Part shown: positions 20,934-32,309 of the stretch, one piece after another
Position numbering within the stretch: position 1 is the stretch's first letter
Layout of the letters: the number at the start of each line of letters is the position of its first letter
Assembly (NCBI GenBank): GCA_964557005.1
Contig: CAZKYI010000004.1
Coordinates: forward strand, 38,111-102,110
DNA length: 64,000 bases
Origin: an uncultured Pseudomonadales bacterium
GTDB lineage: Bacteria; Pseudomonadota; Gammaproteobacteria; Pseudomonadales; JBECKS01
Direction: 5' to 3'
Translations under genes and position numbers: made by a program
Notes under the pieces: model-generated
The model's database searches: none
What the model was told of the DNA's origin: nothing
Seen by the model: only the letters and a program-made list of their open reading frames with translations

Positions 20934-21608
20934 ATGAAACGAACACGGATTAAAATTTGTGGTATTCGACGTATCGAAGATGCAAAAGCGGCCGCAGAAC
21001 TCGGCTGTGATGCCATTGGTTTGAATTTCTATCGTGAAAGTCCACGGTTTTTAGAACCACGCAAGGCGGCAGATGTGTGCAAACAATTACCTGCATTTCT
21101 AACCAGGGTGGCGCTTTTTGTTGATGCGGATATCGATTGGGTTGAAGAGGTTCTACACACAGTCCCTGTCGATATTTTGCAATTTCATGGTGCTGAATCC
21201 GAGCATTTTTGTGTGCAGTTTGGTTTGCCTTACATCAAGGCGATTGCAGTTTCCCAACATGATCAAGTTAAAGATGTTGAAGCAAAAATTGCACAGTATC
21301 CGCAAGCGAGTTCGATTTTGCTGGATACTTTTCATGGCAAACTCAAAGGCGGTAGCGGAGAAAGTTTTGACTGGACAGTGATTCCCGAAACACGTCGCTC
21401 AAGCATTATTCTTGCGGGTGGTCTGAATGCGCAGAATGTCGAACAAGCTATCACGCATGTTCGTCCCTATGCAGTCGATGTTAGCAGTGGTGTTGAAAGT
21501 GTAGATGGAGAAAAAGGAATCAAGGATGTTCAGAAATTAAAACAATTTGTACAGGCAGTGATGCAGACAGATTTAAAATTGAGTAACGAATTCCTATGTC
21601 AAAAATAG
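20934..21608 (+). CDS. trpF: phosphoribosylanthranilate isomerase
   Basis: 224 aa. It starts RIKICGI and ends in a TIM-barrel PRAI pattern ([19 protein letters not shown]). Confidence 0.9.
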   Translation: MKRTRIKICGIRRIEDAKAAAELGCDAIGLNFYRESPRFLEPRKAADVCKQLPAFLTRVALFVDADIDWVEEVLHTVPVDILQFHGAESEHFCVQFGLPYIKAIAVSQHDQVKDVEAKIAQYPQASSILLDTFHGKLKGGSGESFDWTVIPETRRSSIILAGGLNAQNVEQAITHVRPYAVDVSSGVESVDGEKGIKDVQKLKQFVQAVMQTDLKLSNEFLCQK

Positions 21609-22804
21609 ATTACACACAATTTCCGGATGAAGGCGGGCACTTCGCACAATTTGGCGGGCGTTTTGTCTCAGAAACCCTGAGCGCTGCGCTGGAAGAATTG
21701 ACCGATGTTTTCAATACCTTGAGGAATGATGAAAAATTTCTTGCGGAATTTGATTACGATTTGGCGCATTACGTGGGAAGACCTTCTCCTTTATACAAGG
21801 CAGAGCGTTGGAGCAAGCAGCTCGGCGGTGCGCAAATTTATTTAAAACGCGAAGATTTAAATCATACCGGTGCTCATAAAGTTAACAATACCATTGGGCA
21901 GGCATTACTGGCCAAATATATGGGAAAGCCGCGTGTGATTGCTGAAACAGGCGCGGGGCAGCATGGGGTTGCATCTGCGACCGTGGCCGCACGTTTAGGG
22001 CTGGAATGCCATGTGTTTATGGGGCAGGAAGATATTGAGCGACAAAGCCTGAATGTTTATCGCATGAAATTACTGGGTGCTACGGTGGTGCCTGTGACTT
22101 CGGGTTCACGTACCTTGAAAGATGCCATGAATGAGGCGATGCGCGACTGGGTAACCAACGTCGATACCACCTATTACATTATCGGTACAGCAGCTGGCCC
22201 TCATCCCTATCCATTGCTGGTTAGAGAATTTCAGTCAGTGATTGGCCGCGAAGCGAAAAGACAAATCCTTGAACAAACTGGAAGCTTGCCAGATGCCCTC
22301 GTGGCGTGTGTTGGTGGTGGTTCCAATGCGATTGGGCTGTTTTATCCTTTTCTGAAAGATGAACAGGTTGCCATGTTTGGTGTTGAAGCGGGTGGTTTGG
22401 GCATTGAAACGGGCGCACATGCAGCGCCTATTAGTGTCGGGAAGACGGGTGTGTTACATGGAAATCGCACGTTTTTAATGTCAGATGAGGACGGGCAGAT
22501 TATCGAAACACATTCGGTATCAGCAGGTCTGGATTATCCTGGCGTGGGGCCTGAGCACGCCTGGTTAAGTGATATTGGCAGGGCACAGTATGTGTCGGCA
22601 ACCGATGAGGAAGCTCTGGCTGCTTTCAGGGAATTGACGAGAGTCGAAGGCATTATGCCCGCACTTGAGTCCAGTCATGCTTTGGCTTATGCACGCAAAC
22701 TGGCGGCTTCCATGAATAAAAATCAAAACATTATTGTGAATTTATCAGGTCGTGGTGATAAGGATATTCACACCGTTGCAGCCATTGATGGCATCAAAAT
22801 CTAA
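21596..22804 (+). CDS. trpB: tryptophan synthase beta chain
   Basis: 402 aa. PLP-lysine motif [11 protein letters not shown] and GGGSNAIG. Confidence 0.97.
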   Translation: MSKIDYTQFPDEGGHFAQFGGRFVSETLSAALEELTDVFNTLRNDEKFLAEFDYDLAHYVGRPSPLYKAERWSKQLGGAQIYLKREDLNHTGAHKVNNTIGQALLAKYMGKPRVIAETGAGQHGVASATVAARLGLECHVFMGQEDIERQSLNVYRMKLLGATVVPVTSGSRTLKDAMNEAMRDWVTNVDTTYYIIGTAAGPHPYPLLVREFQSVIGREAKRQILEQTGSLPDALVACVGGGSNAIGLFYPFLKDEQVAMFGVEAGGLGIETGAHAAPISVGKTGVLHGNRTFLMSDEDGQIIETHSVSAGLDYPGVGPEHAWLSDIGRAQYVSATDEEALAAFRELTRVEGIMPALESSHALAYARKLAASMNKNQNIIVNLSGRGDKDIHTVAAIDGIKI

Positions 22805-22830
22805 ATATCAAGCAGGGTAGATTGATTAAC

Positions 22831-23628
22831 ATGAGTCGAATTGCGGAGTGTTTTTCTTTATTGGCGCAGCAAAATAAAAAAGCGCTGGTGCCTTATATTG
22901 TCGCGGGTGATCCACACAAAAATCTGACACTGGAATTCATGCACGGCATGGTGGCGCATGGTGCTTCGATTATCGAACTGGGTTTGCCATTTTCAGATCC
23001 GATGGCAGATGGCCCCAGTAATCAGGCAGGTCACGAACGCGCTTTAAAAAATCGTATGAGCACGCAAGATGTGTTGGCACTGGTTGCTTCCTTTCGTAAA
23101 ACCAATCAAACCACGCCTGTGGTGTTAATGGGGTATTTAAATCCTGTGGAAGTCTATGGTTATGCCCGCTTTGCACAGGCGGCGAAAGATGCAGGTGTCG
23201 ATGGCGTGTTGATTGTTGATTTGCCACCCGAAGAAGCGAAAGTATTCAAGACAGAACTGAATCAAAGAGATATGGATTTGATTTTCCTGATTGCACCGAC
23301 CACCAGCGCCAAACGCATGAAACTGATTTGTGAACAGGCGAGCGGGTTTCTTTACTATGTTTCGCTGAAAGGTGTGACAGGTGCAGGGCATCTTGATGTC
23401 GAGGAAGTGAAGCAAAAAATTGCTCAAATCAGGGAATTTACAACGCTTCCCATCAATGTCGGTTTTGGCATCAAGGATGGTGCTTCGGCGAGAAAACTGG
23501 CTGAAGCAGCGGACGGCGTTGTGGTAGGGAGTGTGCTGGTAGAACAATGCGCTATGGCTAATCAGCAAAATATCGCAGCTGCCCTGAATGGAATGATTCA
23601 CGATATTCGACATGCTTTAGATACCTGA
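22831..23628 (+). CDS. trpA: tryptophan synthase alpha chain
   Basis: The MSRIAECF... start at the 22831 ATG (the ORF track begins at a TTG at 22822). Motifs ELGLPFSDPMADGP and VGFGI. Confidence 0.94.
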   Translation: MSRIAECFSLLAQQNKKALVPYIVAGDPHKNLTLEFMHGMVAHGASIIELGLPFSDPMADGPSNQAGHERALKNRMSTQDVLALVASFRKTNQTTPVVLMGYLNPVEVYGYARFAQAAKDAGVDGVLIVDLPPEEAKVFKTELNQRDMDLIFLIAPTTSAKRMKLICEQASGFLYYVSLKGVTGAGHLDVEEVKQKIAQIREFTTLPINVGFGIKDGASARKLAEAADGVVVGSVLVEQCAMANQQNIAAALNGMIHDIRHALDT

Positions 23629-24974
23629 TGCGCATGTCGCCTGCTTCAGAACTTCAGGATTGGTTAAAGCGCATAGAGTCTTTTCATTCTGCTGAAATAG
23701 AACTTGGGCTTGAGCGGGTTAGAGCCGTTGCTGAAAAACTGGATTGCCTGCATTTTTCCTGTCCCGTCATTACGGTTGCAGGCACCAACGGCAAAGGTTC
23801 CTGTGTGGAATTCATTACCCAGATTGCCCTTGAACACGGTTTGCGTGTCGGAACTTATACTTCTCCCCATCTGTTTGAATTTAACGAACGTATTCGTGTG
23901 AATGGCATTCAGGTGGGTGATGAGCGGTTGGTAGAGGCTTTTGAAATTGTCGAACAACACCGCCATTTACCGCTCAGTTTTTTTGAATTTACAACGCTGA
24001 CCGCGCTGAAAATCTTTCAGGCCAGTCAACTGGATTTGCTGGTGCTGGAAGTCGGTTTAGGGGGAAGGCTGGATGCCGTGAACATCATCGATGCTGATGT
24101 GGCGGTTATTTGCAGTATTGGTATCGATCACGAAGCGTGGTTGGGCAATACGCGTGAGCAGATTGCGATTGAGAAGGCAGGCATTGCACGTTTTGGTAAA
24201 TCCTGTGTGGTGAATGAAACGCAGCTGCCTTCAACGCTTAAGCCTGCCTTGCAGCATCTGGGCGCTCAAGGGGTGTTCGTTGGTGAGGATTTTTCTGGGC
24301 ATTATGCACAAAACAATGAGCGCTATCACATCAAGGTACTCACCCATACAGGCCACCCTGAGCAACTTGAATTGGAAGTGAACCGCCTGACGCTTGCGCC
24401 CGAAAACTGTTTGGCTGCGATTCAGGCAATTTTTTTAAGCTTGGGTGAAAGCGGACTTCAAAAAGCAAAGATTTATTCAGCGTGTTATCGCACACGTCTG
24501 CCCGGCCGTTTTCAGATTCTGGATAAAGTTGAAATCGGTGGAGAGCTTTTTCAGGGAAAGGTTGTGTGTGACTTAACGCATAATCCCGCAGGAGCGGTGT
24601 TTTTTGTGAAGCAGCTTGATGCCTATTTGAAACATCACGGGTTCAAACGTGTGACAGCACTGTGCGGGTTTATGGCAGATAAGGACATCAAAGGCATACT
24701 CCAGCATTTCATTGGGCGTATAGATGCCTGCTTGCTTACCGATTTACCCCTTGCCAGAGCTGCGCGTGCAGATGACATAAACCGCCAGCATTTACCCGAT
24801 GGTTTTGTTGCGTGTAAAACTTTTTCAAGCCCTGAGCATACACTTAAACATTTTTTTGCAAACGCACATGCGCAAGATTTGCTGATTATTTTTGGCTCCT
24901 TTCATACCGTAGAACCGTGTTTGAAATTTCTTTCGGAAGGGGCTGATGTTGGTATCAAACCTATTAAAAGTTAG
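23628..24974 (+). CDS. folC: bifunctional folylpolyglutamate synthase / dihydrofolate synthase
   Basis: 448 aa. P-loop VAGTNGKGS of the Mur-ligase family. Its start overlaps the trpA stop (TGATG). Confidence 0.92.
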   Translation: MRMSPASELQDWLKRIESFHSAEIELGLERVRAVAEKLDCLHFSCPVITVAGTNGKGSCVEFITQIALEHGLRVGTYTSPHLFEFNERIRVNGIQVGDERLVEAFEIVEQHRHLPLSFFEFTTLTALKIFQASQLDLLVLEVGLGGRLDAVNIIDADVAVICSIGIDHEAWLGNTREQIAIEKAGIARFGKSCVVNETQLPSTLKPALQHLGAQGVFVGEDFSGHYAQNNERYHIKVLTHTGHPEQLELEVNRLTLAPENCLAAIQAIFLSLGESGLQKAKIYSACYRTRLPGRFQILDKVEIGGELFQGKVVCDLTHNPAGAVFFVKQLDAYLKHHGFKRVTALCGFMADKDIKGILQHFIGRIDACLLTDLPLARAARADDINRQHLPDGFVACKTFSSPEHTLKHFFANAHAQDLLIIFGSFHTVEPCLKFLSEGADVGIKPIKS

Positions 24975-25008
24975 AATGGCTTTTTGCCGGGGATTGAGGC
25001 GGTAGCAA

Positions 25009-25641
25009 GTGAATTCCAAATTGAAAGAACGATTAGTCGGTGGTCTGGTCATTGTATTTCTGGCGCTGATTTTCATTCCACCCATGTATGATGGACGTAA
25101 TCCTTTTGATGTGGACGAGGCTGCTTACCGCGTAGAGCCACCCCGTGTACCGAAGTTTGCTGGCACTGAAGAGTTTGCCAATCAGATTGCCGAGGTGGGT
25201 TCGGGCAGAATCTCCAAAATTGAGCAGCAGGTGAAAGCCGATATTCCAGCCAGTGCTCGCAGTGACAGCTTGTTGGTGCCTGATGAAAGTAGCACAAGCT
25301 TGAGTGGTTTCAGTCCCAGTGAAATGACAGCCCGATTACTGAGTGAAATTGCCGAGCGCTCCAATTTAAGCGCACGGTTTAATAATAAAAAACAGCTCAA
25401 GCACGCCTGGGCAGTGCAGGTTGGGAGTTTCGCCGAAGTGGAACGCGCACAAAAATTGCGTGATGAATTGCTTGCCCGCGATTATCAGGCGTTTATCAAA
25501 ACCGTGATGGTCGATAACAAGGAAATTTCGAGAGTCTTCGCGGGTGTCAGCCTCGATAAATCCATTACCGAAGAGATTCATAAAAAGCTGCTTGGAAGCA
25601 AAATAGTCGATAATGCCCTGATTGTTCCCTATCAACCTTGA
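25009..25641 (+). CDS. dedD: SPOR-domain cell-division protein (DedD-like)
   Basis: 210 aa. One N-terminal TM helix and a C-terminal SPOR-like block WAVQVGSFAEVERAQKLRDELLARDYQAFI. It occupies the folC-dedD-cvpA position. Confidence 0.75.
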   Translation: MNSKLKERLVGGLVIVFLALIFIPPMYDGRNPFDVDEAAYRVEPPRVPKFAGTEEFANQIAEVGSGRISKIEQQVKADIPASARSDSLLVPDESSTSLSGFSPSEMTARLLSEIAERSNLSARFNNKKQLKHAWAVQVGSFAEVERAQKLRDELLARDYQAFIKTVMVDNKEISRVFAGVSLDKSITEEIHKKLLGSKIVDNALIVPYQP

Positions 25642-25655
25642 TGATGAGCGCACAC

Positions 25656-26159
25656 ATGAACTGGGTTGATTTACTGTTTATCCTGATTCTTGTGCTCTCA
25701 TCGGCGTTTGGTGCGCTGCGAGGCATGTTCAAGGAAGTGCTCTCGGTATGCACATGGGTTGCAGCTTATGTGATTGCGCAATCTTTCTGGCCTGCACTGG
25801 ATCATTTGCTGATACCGATTATGTCTGAAGTCGCTTCGATTAGAGCACCTCTGGCGTGGGGTGTTTTGTTTGTCAGTACTATTCTTGTGGGCAGCCTCGT
25901 GCAGCGCATTGTATTGGAGTTGGTGAGAGTGACGGGGCTAAGCGGTAGCGATCGTGCTTTGGGCGCAGTATTTGGTTTGTTAAGGGGCGTGATGATTGTG
26001 GTTCTGCTGCTCACCTTCGTTCCCTTGTTACTGGATGTTAGTCAGGACACCTGGTGGCACGAGTCACAGTTGATTCCTGTGTTTTCTGCATTGAATAATT
26101 CAGTCATGCTGTTACTCAATACGTTTATCGATTGGGTGCAAGGTATGAAAATTGGTTAA
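25656..26159 (+). CDS. cvpA: colicin V production protein CvpA (membrane protein)
   Basis: A four-TM small protein in the conserved position before purF. I chose the ATG at 25656 (MNWVDLLFILIL), although the ORF track begins at 25638, so the start is uncertain by a few codons. Confidence 0.82.
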   Translation: MNWVDLLFILILVLSSAFGALRGMFKEVLSVCTWVAAYVIAQSFWPALDHLLIPIMSEVASIRAPLAWGVLFVSTILVGSLVQRIVLELVRVTGLSGSDRALGAVFGLLRGVMIVVLLLTFVPLLLDVSQDTWWHESQLIPVFSALNNSVMLLLNTFIDWVQGMKIG

Positions 26160-26174
26160 GGTCGAGGGGGAAAT

Positions 26175-27707
26175 ATGTGCGGCATAGTCGGTATTGTTGG
26201 TCATTCCAATGTCAACCAAAGCATTTATGATGCGCTGACAGTGTTGCAGCATCGTGGTCAGGATGCTGCGGGAATCGCAACCTGCCATGAAGGGCGACTC
26301 TATCTCAGAAAATCCAACGGCGAAGTGCGTGATGTGTTTCGTTCAAGGCACATGCTGCGTCTGGCAGGTAATATGGGAATTGGCCATGTGCGTTATCCTA
26401 CAGCAGGTTCTTCCAGTGCTGCGGAAGCGCAACCTTTCTATGTGAACTCACCTTACGGCATTACGCTCGCGCATAACGGAAATCTCACCAATACCGATGA
26501 ATTGCGCAAAGGCGTTTTCAAAGCCGATTTGCGTCACATCAATACTGTTTCCGATTCCGAAGTGTTGTTAAATGTGTTGGCACATGAGCTGCACAAGCAA
26601 GGCAAATTTGTTCCCGATGAAAAGGATATTTTCAAAGCGGCCGAGGGCGTGTTTAAACGCTGTCGCGGTGCTTATGCGGTGGTCGCGATGATTATTGGTT
26701 ATGGCATTGTTGGCTTTAGAGATCCGCACGGTATTCGCCCGCTTATTTATGGCAAGCGCATCAACAAGCAGGGGCAGGAGGAATACATGATTGCCTCCGA
26801 GAGTGTTGCCTTGAGAAGTTTGGGCTTTGAGCCCGTAAGAGATTTGCAGCCAGGTGAAGTTATTTTTATCGAGGAAAGCGGCAAGATTCACACCAAACAA
26901 TGCGTCAAGCATGCCAGTTTGAACCCGTGTATTTTTGAGTATGTGTATCTGGCAAGACCAGACTCGGTGATTGATGGTGTGCCGATTTATCAGGCAAGAA
27001 TGCGCATGGGTGACAAGCTCGCGGAAAAAATATTACGTGAACGCCCCGATCACGATATTGATGTGGTGATTCCCATTCCCGATACCAGTCGTACTTCGGC
27101 CCTGGAAATGGCCAAGGGTTTGGGTGTGAATTATCGCGAGGGGTTTATCAAGAATCGTTATATTGGCCGAACCTTTATCATGCCAGGGCAAAGCATGCGC
27201 AAAAAATCCGTGCGTCAGAAACTCAATGCCATTGATGCAGAATTTAAAGGCAAAAATGTCATGCTGGTAGATGATTCCATTGTGAGAGGCACAACATGCG
27301 AGCAAATTATTCAAATGGCGCGTGATGCGGGTGCCAAAAAAGTTTACTTTGCTTCTGCGGCGCCCAGTGTGAAATATCCCAATGTTTACGGGATTGATAT
27401 GCCCGCCGCTGAAGAACTGATTGCGCATGGCAAAAGCACTGAGGAAATCCAACAGGCGATTGGCGCGGACTGGCTGGTGTATCAGGATTTGCAGGATTTA
27501 ATTGAGTGCGTGGCGGAAGCCAATCCGCTTATTGATGGTTTTGATTGCTCGGTGTTTACTGGTGAATACATTACAGGCGATATTGATAAAAACTATCTCG
27601 ATTGTCTGCAACAAAGACGTAATGATCTTGCCAAGAAAAAACAGAATCAGTTGGACAGTTTGATTGGCAATGAAGACAGTGACCTGATTGATTTGCATGT
27701 GGTCTGA
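26175..27707 (+). CDS. purF: amidophosphoribosyltransferase
   Basis: 510 aa. Ntn-amidotransferase MCGIVGI start and the PRTase motif [13 protein letters not shown]. Confidence 0.97.
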   Translation: MCGIVGIVGHSNVNQSIYDALTVLQHRGQDAAGIATCHEGRLYLRKSNGEVRDVFRSRHMLRLAGNMGIGHVRYPTAGSSSAAEAQPFYVNSPYGITLAHNGNLTNTDELRKGVFKADLRHINTVSDSEVLLNVLAHELHKQGKFVPDEKDIFKAAEGVFKRCRGAYAVVAMIIGYGIVGFRDPHGIRPLIYGKRINKQGQEEYMIASESVALRSLGFEPVRDLQPGEVIFIEESGKIHTKQCVKHASLNPCIFEYVYLARPDSVIDGVPIYQARMRMGDKLAEKILRERPDHDIDVVIPIPDTSRTSALEMAKGLGVNYREGFIKNRYIGRTFIMPGQSMRKKSVRQKLNAIDAEFKGKNVMLVDDSIVRGTTCEQIIQMARDAGAKKVYFASAAPSVKYPNVYGIDMPAAEELIAHGKSTEEIQQAIGADWLVYQDLQDLIECVAEANPLIDGFDCSVFTGEYITGDIDKNYLDCLQQRRNDLAKKKQNQLDSLIGNEDSDLIDLHVV

Positions 27708-27725
27708 ATTTTTTTGGAGTGAACA

Positions 27726-28916
27726 ATGAACGACAATCGTGATGACACATTTCAGCTCGAAACGCTTGCAGTGCGGGCAGGGCAAACACGCTCTGATGAA
27801 GGTGAGCATAGTGAAGCACTTTTCCTTACCTCCAGTTTTGTATTTGATTCTGCCGAGCAGGCAGCCAAACGATTTTCTGGTGAGGAAAAGGGCAATATTT
27901 ATTCACGTTTTACCAATCCAACAGTACGTTTTTTTGAAGAACGTCTTGCCGCGATGGAAGGTGCACAGCGTTGTGTAGCAACGGCTTCGGGTATGTCGGC
28001 CATTTTGAGTGTGTGTCTGGCGCATTTAAAAGCAGGTGACCATGTGTTGTGTTCACAACAAGTGTTTGGCACCACCGTTAGTTTGTTTAGCAAGTATTTA
28101 AGCAAGTTTGGTGTGCAAGTCACTTTTGTGAACATGCTCGATTTGGCAGCATGGGAAAATGCGTTTCAAAGCAACACCCGCTTGTTGTTTATCGAAACCC
28201 CGACGAATCCCTTGTTAGAAGTGGCGGATATAGAAGCGTTTGCTGAACTTGCTCATAAACACAATGCCTTGTTGGTGGTTGATAATTGTTTTTGCACACC
28301 CGTACTTCAACAACCACTTGCGCTCGGTGCCGATATTGTTCTGCATTCAGCGACCAAGTTTATTGATGGGCAAGGGCGCTGTGTCGGTGGTGCGGTTGCA
28401 GGTAGCCATGCCTTGATGGAAGAAGTTTACGGTGTGCTGCGAACTACAGGGCAAACCTTGAGCGCCTTTAATGCGTGGGTTTTTTTAAAAGGCCTGGAAA
28501 CATTGAGTATCAGAATGAAAGCCCACAGTGAAAAAGCTTTGGCTCTGGCGCAATGGTTGCAACAACAAAGTGCTGTCGAAAAAGTATTTTATTGCGGGCT
28601 GCCAGATCATCCCCAATATGCGCTTGCACAAAAACAGCAAAGCGGTTTTGGTGCGGTGCTGTCTTTTGAAGTAAAAGGCGGGCGTGATGCAGCGTGGCAA
28701 GTGATTGATGCCTGTCAGTTGCTGTCGATTACCACCAATCTCGGTGACAGCAAAACCACCATTTCACATCCCGCCAGCACCAGTCATGGCCGTTTGACTG
28801 AAGAACAAAGAAAACAGGCAGGTATCAAGGACAATCTGGTGCGACTCTCGGTAGGGCTGGAAGCGGTTACGGATTTGCAGCGTGATTTGCAGCGCGGTTT
28901 GGCTAGGTTGGTATGA
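27726..28916 (+). CDS. metZ: O-succinylhomoserine sulfhydrylase (Cys/Met-metabolism PLP enzyme)
   Basis: 396 aa. PLP-lysine block HSATKFIDGQG. It follows purF as in Pseudomonas. Confidence 0.88.
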   Translation: MNDNRDDTFQLETLAVRAGQTRSDEGEHSEALFLTSSFVFDSAEQAAKRFSGEEKGNIYSRFTNPTVRFFEERLAAMEGAQRCVATASGMSAILSVCLAHLKAGDHVLCSQQVFGTTVSLFSKYLSKFGVQVTFVNMLDLAAWENAFQSNTRLLFIETPTNPLLEVADIEAFAELAHKHNALLVVDNCFCTPVLQQPLALGADIVLHSATKFIDGQGRCVGGAVAGSHALMEEVYGVLRTTGQTLSAFNAWVFLKGLETLSIRMKAHSEKALALAQWLQQQSAVEKVFYCGLPDHPQYALAQKQQSGFGAVLSFEVKGGRDAAWQVIDACQLLSITTNLGDSKTTISHPASTSHGRLTEEQRKQAGIKDNLVRLSVGLEAVTDLQRDLQRGLARLV

Positions 28917-29039
28917 GAGTGAACTTTTAAAATGGAAATAGCACATTTTAATTCTGCCTGAATTTGTATTTATTTTTACTACAGATATACTCATTTCCAA
29001 TTTACAAACACGTATTTACCCTAACCAAAGAAGAGAGTC

Positions 29040-29447
29040 ATGCACCCGAAAATTATAATATCATCACTGGATATAAAACGCCTGGAAGCACTTTTGGAAT
29101 CTTTATCTGACGATGTTTTTCCAGGCAAAGAGGACTTGGAGAAAGAGCTTGCGCGCGCGGAAATCGTCGATCCGAAAAATATGCCATCAACCGTAGTAAC
29201 CATGAATTCAACGGTGAGATTCAAAATTGAATCATCATCCAAAGAATTTACCCTGACGCTGGTTTACCCGAAAGATTTCGATAGCAGTGGCGACAAAATT
29301 TCAGTCATTGCCCCTGTGGGCAGTGCTTTGCTCGGTCTTTCCATTGGAGACGAAATTGAATGGCCAAAGCCGGGTGGTGGTGTGTTACGGGTGCGTATTG
29401 AGGATATTACCTATCAACCTGAGCGTTCGGGTGATTACGGTTTGTAA
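29040..29447 (+). CDS. rnk: regulator of nucleoside diphosphate kinase (GreA/GreB-like C-terminal domain)
   Basis: 135 aa, collinear with E. coli Rnk as I recall it (VVTMNS..V.F, VMAPVGAALLGL, YQPE..GDY). Confidence 0.85.
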   Translation: MHPKIIISSLDIKRLEALLESLSDDVFPGKEDLEKELARAEIVDPKNMPSTVVTMNSTVRFKIESSSKEFTLTLVYPKDFDSSGDKISVIAPVGSALLGLSIGDEIEWPKPGGGVLRVRIEDITYQPERSGDYGL

Positions 29448-29478
29448 AGCTTTCCCAACTTGTGCGTGAGTAATAAAA

Positions 29479-30672
29479 ATGTTGCCCAATTCAAACATAC
29501 GCATCGGAACACCCTTAAGCAAAAGCGCCACACGGGTGTTATTGTGCGGCTCCGGTGAACTGGGCAAGGAATTAACCATTGAATTACAGCGACTCGGTGT
29601 GGAAGTGATTGCCGTAGATCGTTATGCCAATGCACCCGCCATGCAGGTGGCGCATCGCAGCCATGTCATTTCCATGCTCGACGGTGCAGCACTGCGCAAA
29701 GTGATTGAGCAGGAAAAGCCCCATTACATTGTTCCCGAAATTGAAGCCATTGCCACCGATACCCTTCAGGAGCTCGAAAACGAAGGCTTTACCGTGATTC
29801 CCACCGCAAGAGCCGCACGTCTGACCATGAATCGTGAAGGCATTCGCCGCTTGGCTGCCGAAGAACTGGGGCTGGCAACTTCCGCTTACCGTTTTGCCGA
29901 AAGCAAGGCCGAGTACCTCGCTGCCGTGCAGGAAATCGGTATGCCTTGCGTGGTTAAACCGATTATGAGTTCGTCGGGCAAAGGCCAGAGCACCGTAAAA
30001 AGTGCAGCGGATATAGAACATGCCTGGGATTATTCGCAAGAAGGCGGGCGCACCGGCTCAGGAAAAATCATCATTGAGGGTTTTGTTAATTTTGATTATG
30101 AAATCACCTTGTTAACCGTCAGGCATTCGCAAGGCACCAGCTTTTGTGAACCCATCGGCCATGTGCAGATAAACGGCGATTATCGCCAGTCCTGGCAGCC
30201 ACACCCGATGTCTGCCGTTGTTCTGGAAAAAGCACAGCAAGTTTCAAAAAAAATAACCGATGCACTGGGCGGACGCGGTATTTTCGGTGTTGAATTGTTT
30301 ATCAAAGGCGAAGACGTGTATTTCAGTGAAGTCTCACCTCGGCCTCACGATACCGGATTAGTGACATTGATTTCGCAGGACTTGTCCGAATTTGCCCTCC
30401 ATGCCAGAGCCATTCTCGGTTTACCCATTCCCAATATCAAACAACACGGTGCCAGTGCATCATCGGTTATCCTGCTGGAAGGCGATTCCGATAATGTGTG
30501 TTTCACTCAGGTGCAGGCAGCTCTGACAGAGCCTGACACCCAGCTACGTTTGTTCGGCAAACCCGAAGTAAAAGGGCGACGACGTATGGGTGTGTGTCTC
30601 GCCAGAGATACATCACTTGATGCGGCTATTGCCAAAGCCAAGGCAGCATCTGCGGCGATTGGTTGGGAGTAA
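29479..30672 (+). CDS. purT: formate-dependent phosphoribosylglycinamide formyltransferase (GAR transformylase 2)
   Basis: 397 aa, collinear with E. coli PurT along the whole length ([31 protein letters not shown]). Confidence 0.96.
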   Translation: MLPNSNIRIGTPLSKSATRVLLCGSGELGKELTIELQRLGVEVIAVDRYANAPAMQVAHRSHVISMLDGAALRKVIEQEKPHYIVPEIEAIATDTLQELENEGFTVIPTARAARLTMNREGIRRLAAEELGLATSAYRFAESKAEYLAAVQEIGMPCVVKPIMSSSGKGQSTVKSAADIEHAWDYSQEGGRTGSGKIIIEGFVNFDYEITLLTVRHSQGTSFCEPIGHVQINGDYRQSWQPHPMSAVVLEKAQQVSKKITDALGGRGIFGVELFIKGEDVYFSEVSPRPHDTGLVTLISQDLSEFALHARAILGLPIPNIKQHGASASSVILLEGDSDNVCFTQVQAALTEPDTQLRLFGKPEVKGRRRMGVCLARDTSLDAAIAKAKAASAAIGWE

Positions 30673-30682
30673 GAGTGCAAAG

Positions 30683-30922
30683 ATGAAGACGATGAAGAAA
30701 ACAAGTCGTGCGAAAGTTCTGGATGATATGCTTCTTATAGTTATGATGCTGTCATTTGCTCCGTTTGGAATTTCTCTTAAAATTCAAATGTGGGGATTAC
30801 ACAGTAATGAAATGACTCGGATGGTACTGGCTATTTCCTTTTTAGTTCTTGCATTTTCTACAAATATTTACATATTGCGAAATTGGCAGGAATTGAAAGC
30901 GAAATTCGATAAGTTTCTGTGA
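30683..30922 (+). CDS. small hypothetical membrane protein (2 predicted TM helices)
   Basis: 79 aa from the ATG at 30683. The longer ORF-track version from 30590 overlaps the purT 3' end and is rejected. The Shine-Dalgarno sequence is weak. Confidence 0.4.
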   Translation: MKTMKKTSRAKVLDDMLLIVMMLSFAPFGISLKIQMWGLHSNEMTRMVLAISFLVLAFSTNIYILRNWQELKAKFDKFL

Positions 30923-30929
30923 TTTGTAT

Positions 30930-32309
30930 TTAACCACGTTTTTTAACACGCATCGGTAAGCCTTTTGCAGGTTTAATGGTTGCAACAGTTAAAGTTTCTA
31001 TTGGCGTACTTTGTGCCAGATGAAATTCAAATTCTTTTGCCAAAGCAGCAATTACATATTGGCCTTCCATCATGGCGAAATGATTGCCAATACAAGACCT
31101 TGGCCCTGCGCCAAAAGGAAAATACGCATAGTTATGGCGTTGTGCTATGGCATCTTCGGTAAAATGTTCAGGATAAAACTCATTGGGTCTTTCCCAAAAA
31201 TCTTCATGCCTGTGGGTAACAAAAGGGCTGACAATAACCGTAGCACCCGCAGGAATCTGGTAGCCTGAAATTTCATCTTCATGTGCTGCGTCACGGGGAA
31301 TGCCAAAAGCAGGTGGATACAAACGCATGGTTTCCATAAAAACCATTTTGCTGATTGGCAAACTATCCAGATCGGGTACTTCGGTTTTATCAAAAGCCTG
31401 TAATGCTTCTTGTTTTACTTGTTCATCATATTGTCTGTGCTGACTTAACAAATACCAACACCACGAAAAAGCCTGGGCAGTGGTTTCATGGCCTGCAAAA
31501 AAGATGGTCAATATTTCATCGCGTATTTCTGCCTGACTTAAACTACCGCCTTCGTTTTCAGAGGCTCTGATAATCTCACTGAGAAAATCTTCCGGCACAG
31601 CAATGCCTTTACGCAAATGAGCGCTTCTGTTTGTGATGATGTCATCAAAGAAACGGAACAGCGTGCTTTTGGCCTGCTTTAATCTTTTGTTATCAGGGAG
31701 AGGAAGCCATTGCGGAATTTTGAAAGGCAGGGCAGAGCGAAAAGCCACCGACTTGAGTAAATCATCAAATGCGTCTTTGATGGTTTCCGGTAGTGCATCA
31801 ACAGGTTCTGAAAACATGGTGCGGCTGATGACATCCAGCGTTAAATCCATCATCACCTGATTCATGTCAATCATCTGTTTGTTATCTGCTGCATGACGCA
31901 ATTTTTTTGCACAAAATTCTGCGGCGGCAAGTACATCTTGCGCATAACTGTGTACGGCACGTTTGGTGAAAAAAGGTTGCATTAGAATGCGGTGACTGCG
32001 CCATTGTTCACCTTCCAGCGCAAAAAGCCCGCTACCCGCAAAGTCACGAATTGCGGCGAAAGCTCTGCCTTTAACATAGTTGCTTTGTTCGCTCGCCATT
32101 ACCCGTTTAACTGCATCAGGGTGGCTTAATAAATAAATCGGTGAGCCGACAACACTGGAACGCACCACGTCACCATACTCTGCTCTTAACTCAAGCAAAG
32201 TGACGAGAGGGTCTACAGGTTTCAAGGTGGCAATTTTGGAAATTAACTCAATGCGTTTTGGGCCAGGAGCGCAGGTTTTATTTTTGCTTACAGGTAATGA
32301 TTTTTGCAT
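30930..32309 (-). CDS. cytochrome P450 (CYP4/CYP110/CYP120-like heme loop)
   Basis: 459 aa. EXXR (ETMRLYPP), heme-thiolate loop FPFGAGPRSCIGNHFA, I-helix FFAGHETT, and a GAGG Shine-Dalgarno 5 nt upstream of the ATG. Confidence 0.93.
   Translation of the reverse strand: MQKSLPVSKNKTCAPGPKRIELISKIATLKPVDPLVTLLELRAEYGDVVRSSVVGSPIYLLSHPDAVKRVMASEQSNYVKGRAFAAIRDFAGSGLFALEGEQWRSHRILMQPFFTKRAVHSYAQDVLAAAEFCAKKLRHAADNKQMIDMNQVMMDLTLDVISRTMFSEPVDALPETIKDAFDDLLKSVAFRSALPFKIPQWLPLPDNKRLKQAKSTLFRFFDDIITNRSAHLRKGIAVPEDFLSEIIRASENEGGSLSQAEIRDEILTIFFAGHETTAQAFSWCWYLLSQHRQYDEQVKQEALQAFDKTEVPDLDSLPISKMVFMETMRLYPPAFGIPRDAAHEDEISGYQIPAGATVIVSPFVTHRHEDFWERPNEFYPEHFTEDAIAQRHNYAYFPFGAGPRSCIGNHFAMMEGQYVIAALAKEFEFHLAQSTPIETLTVATIKPAKGLPMRVKKRG

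Noticed and set aside
30590-30682. 5' extension of the small membrane ORF into the purT 3' end
   Set aside because: It overlaps the purT C-terminal codons in another frame. The ATG at 30683, after the purT stop, is the simpler choice. The small ORF itself is only weakly supported.
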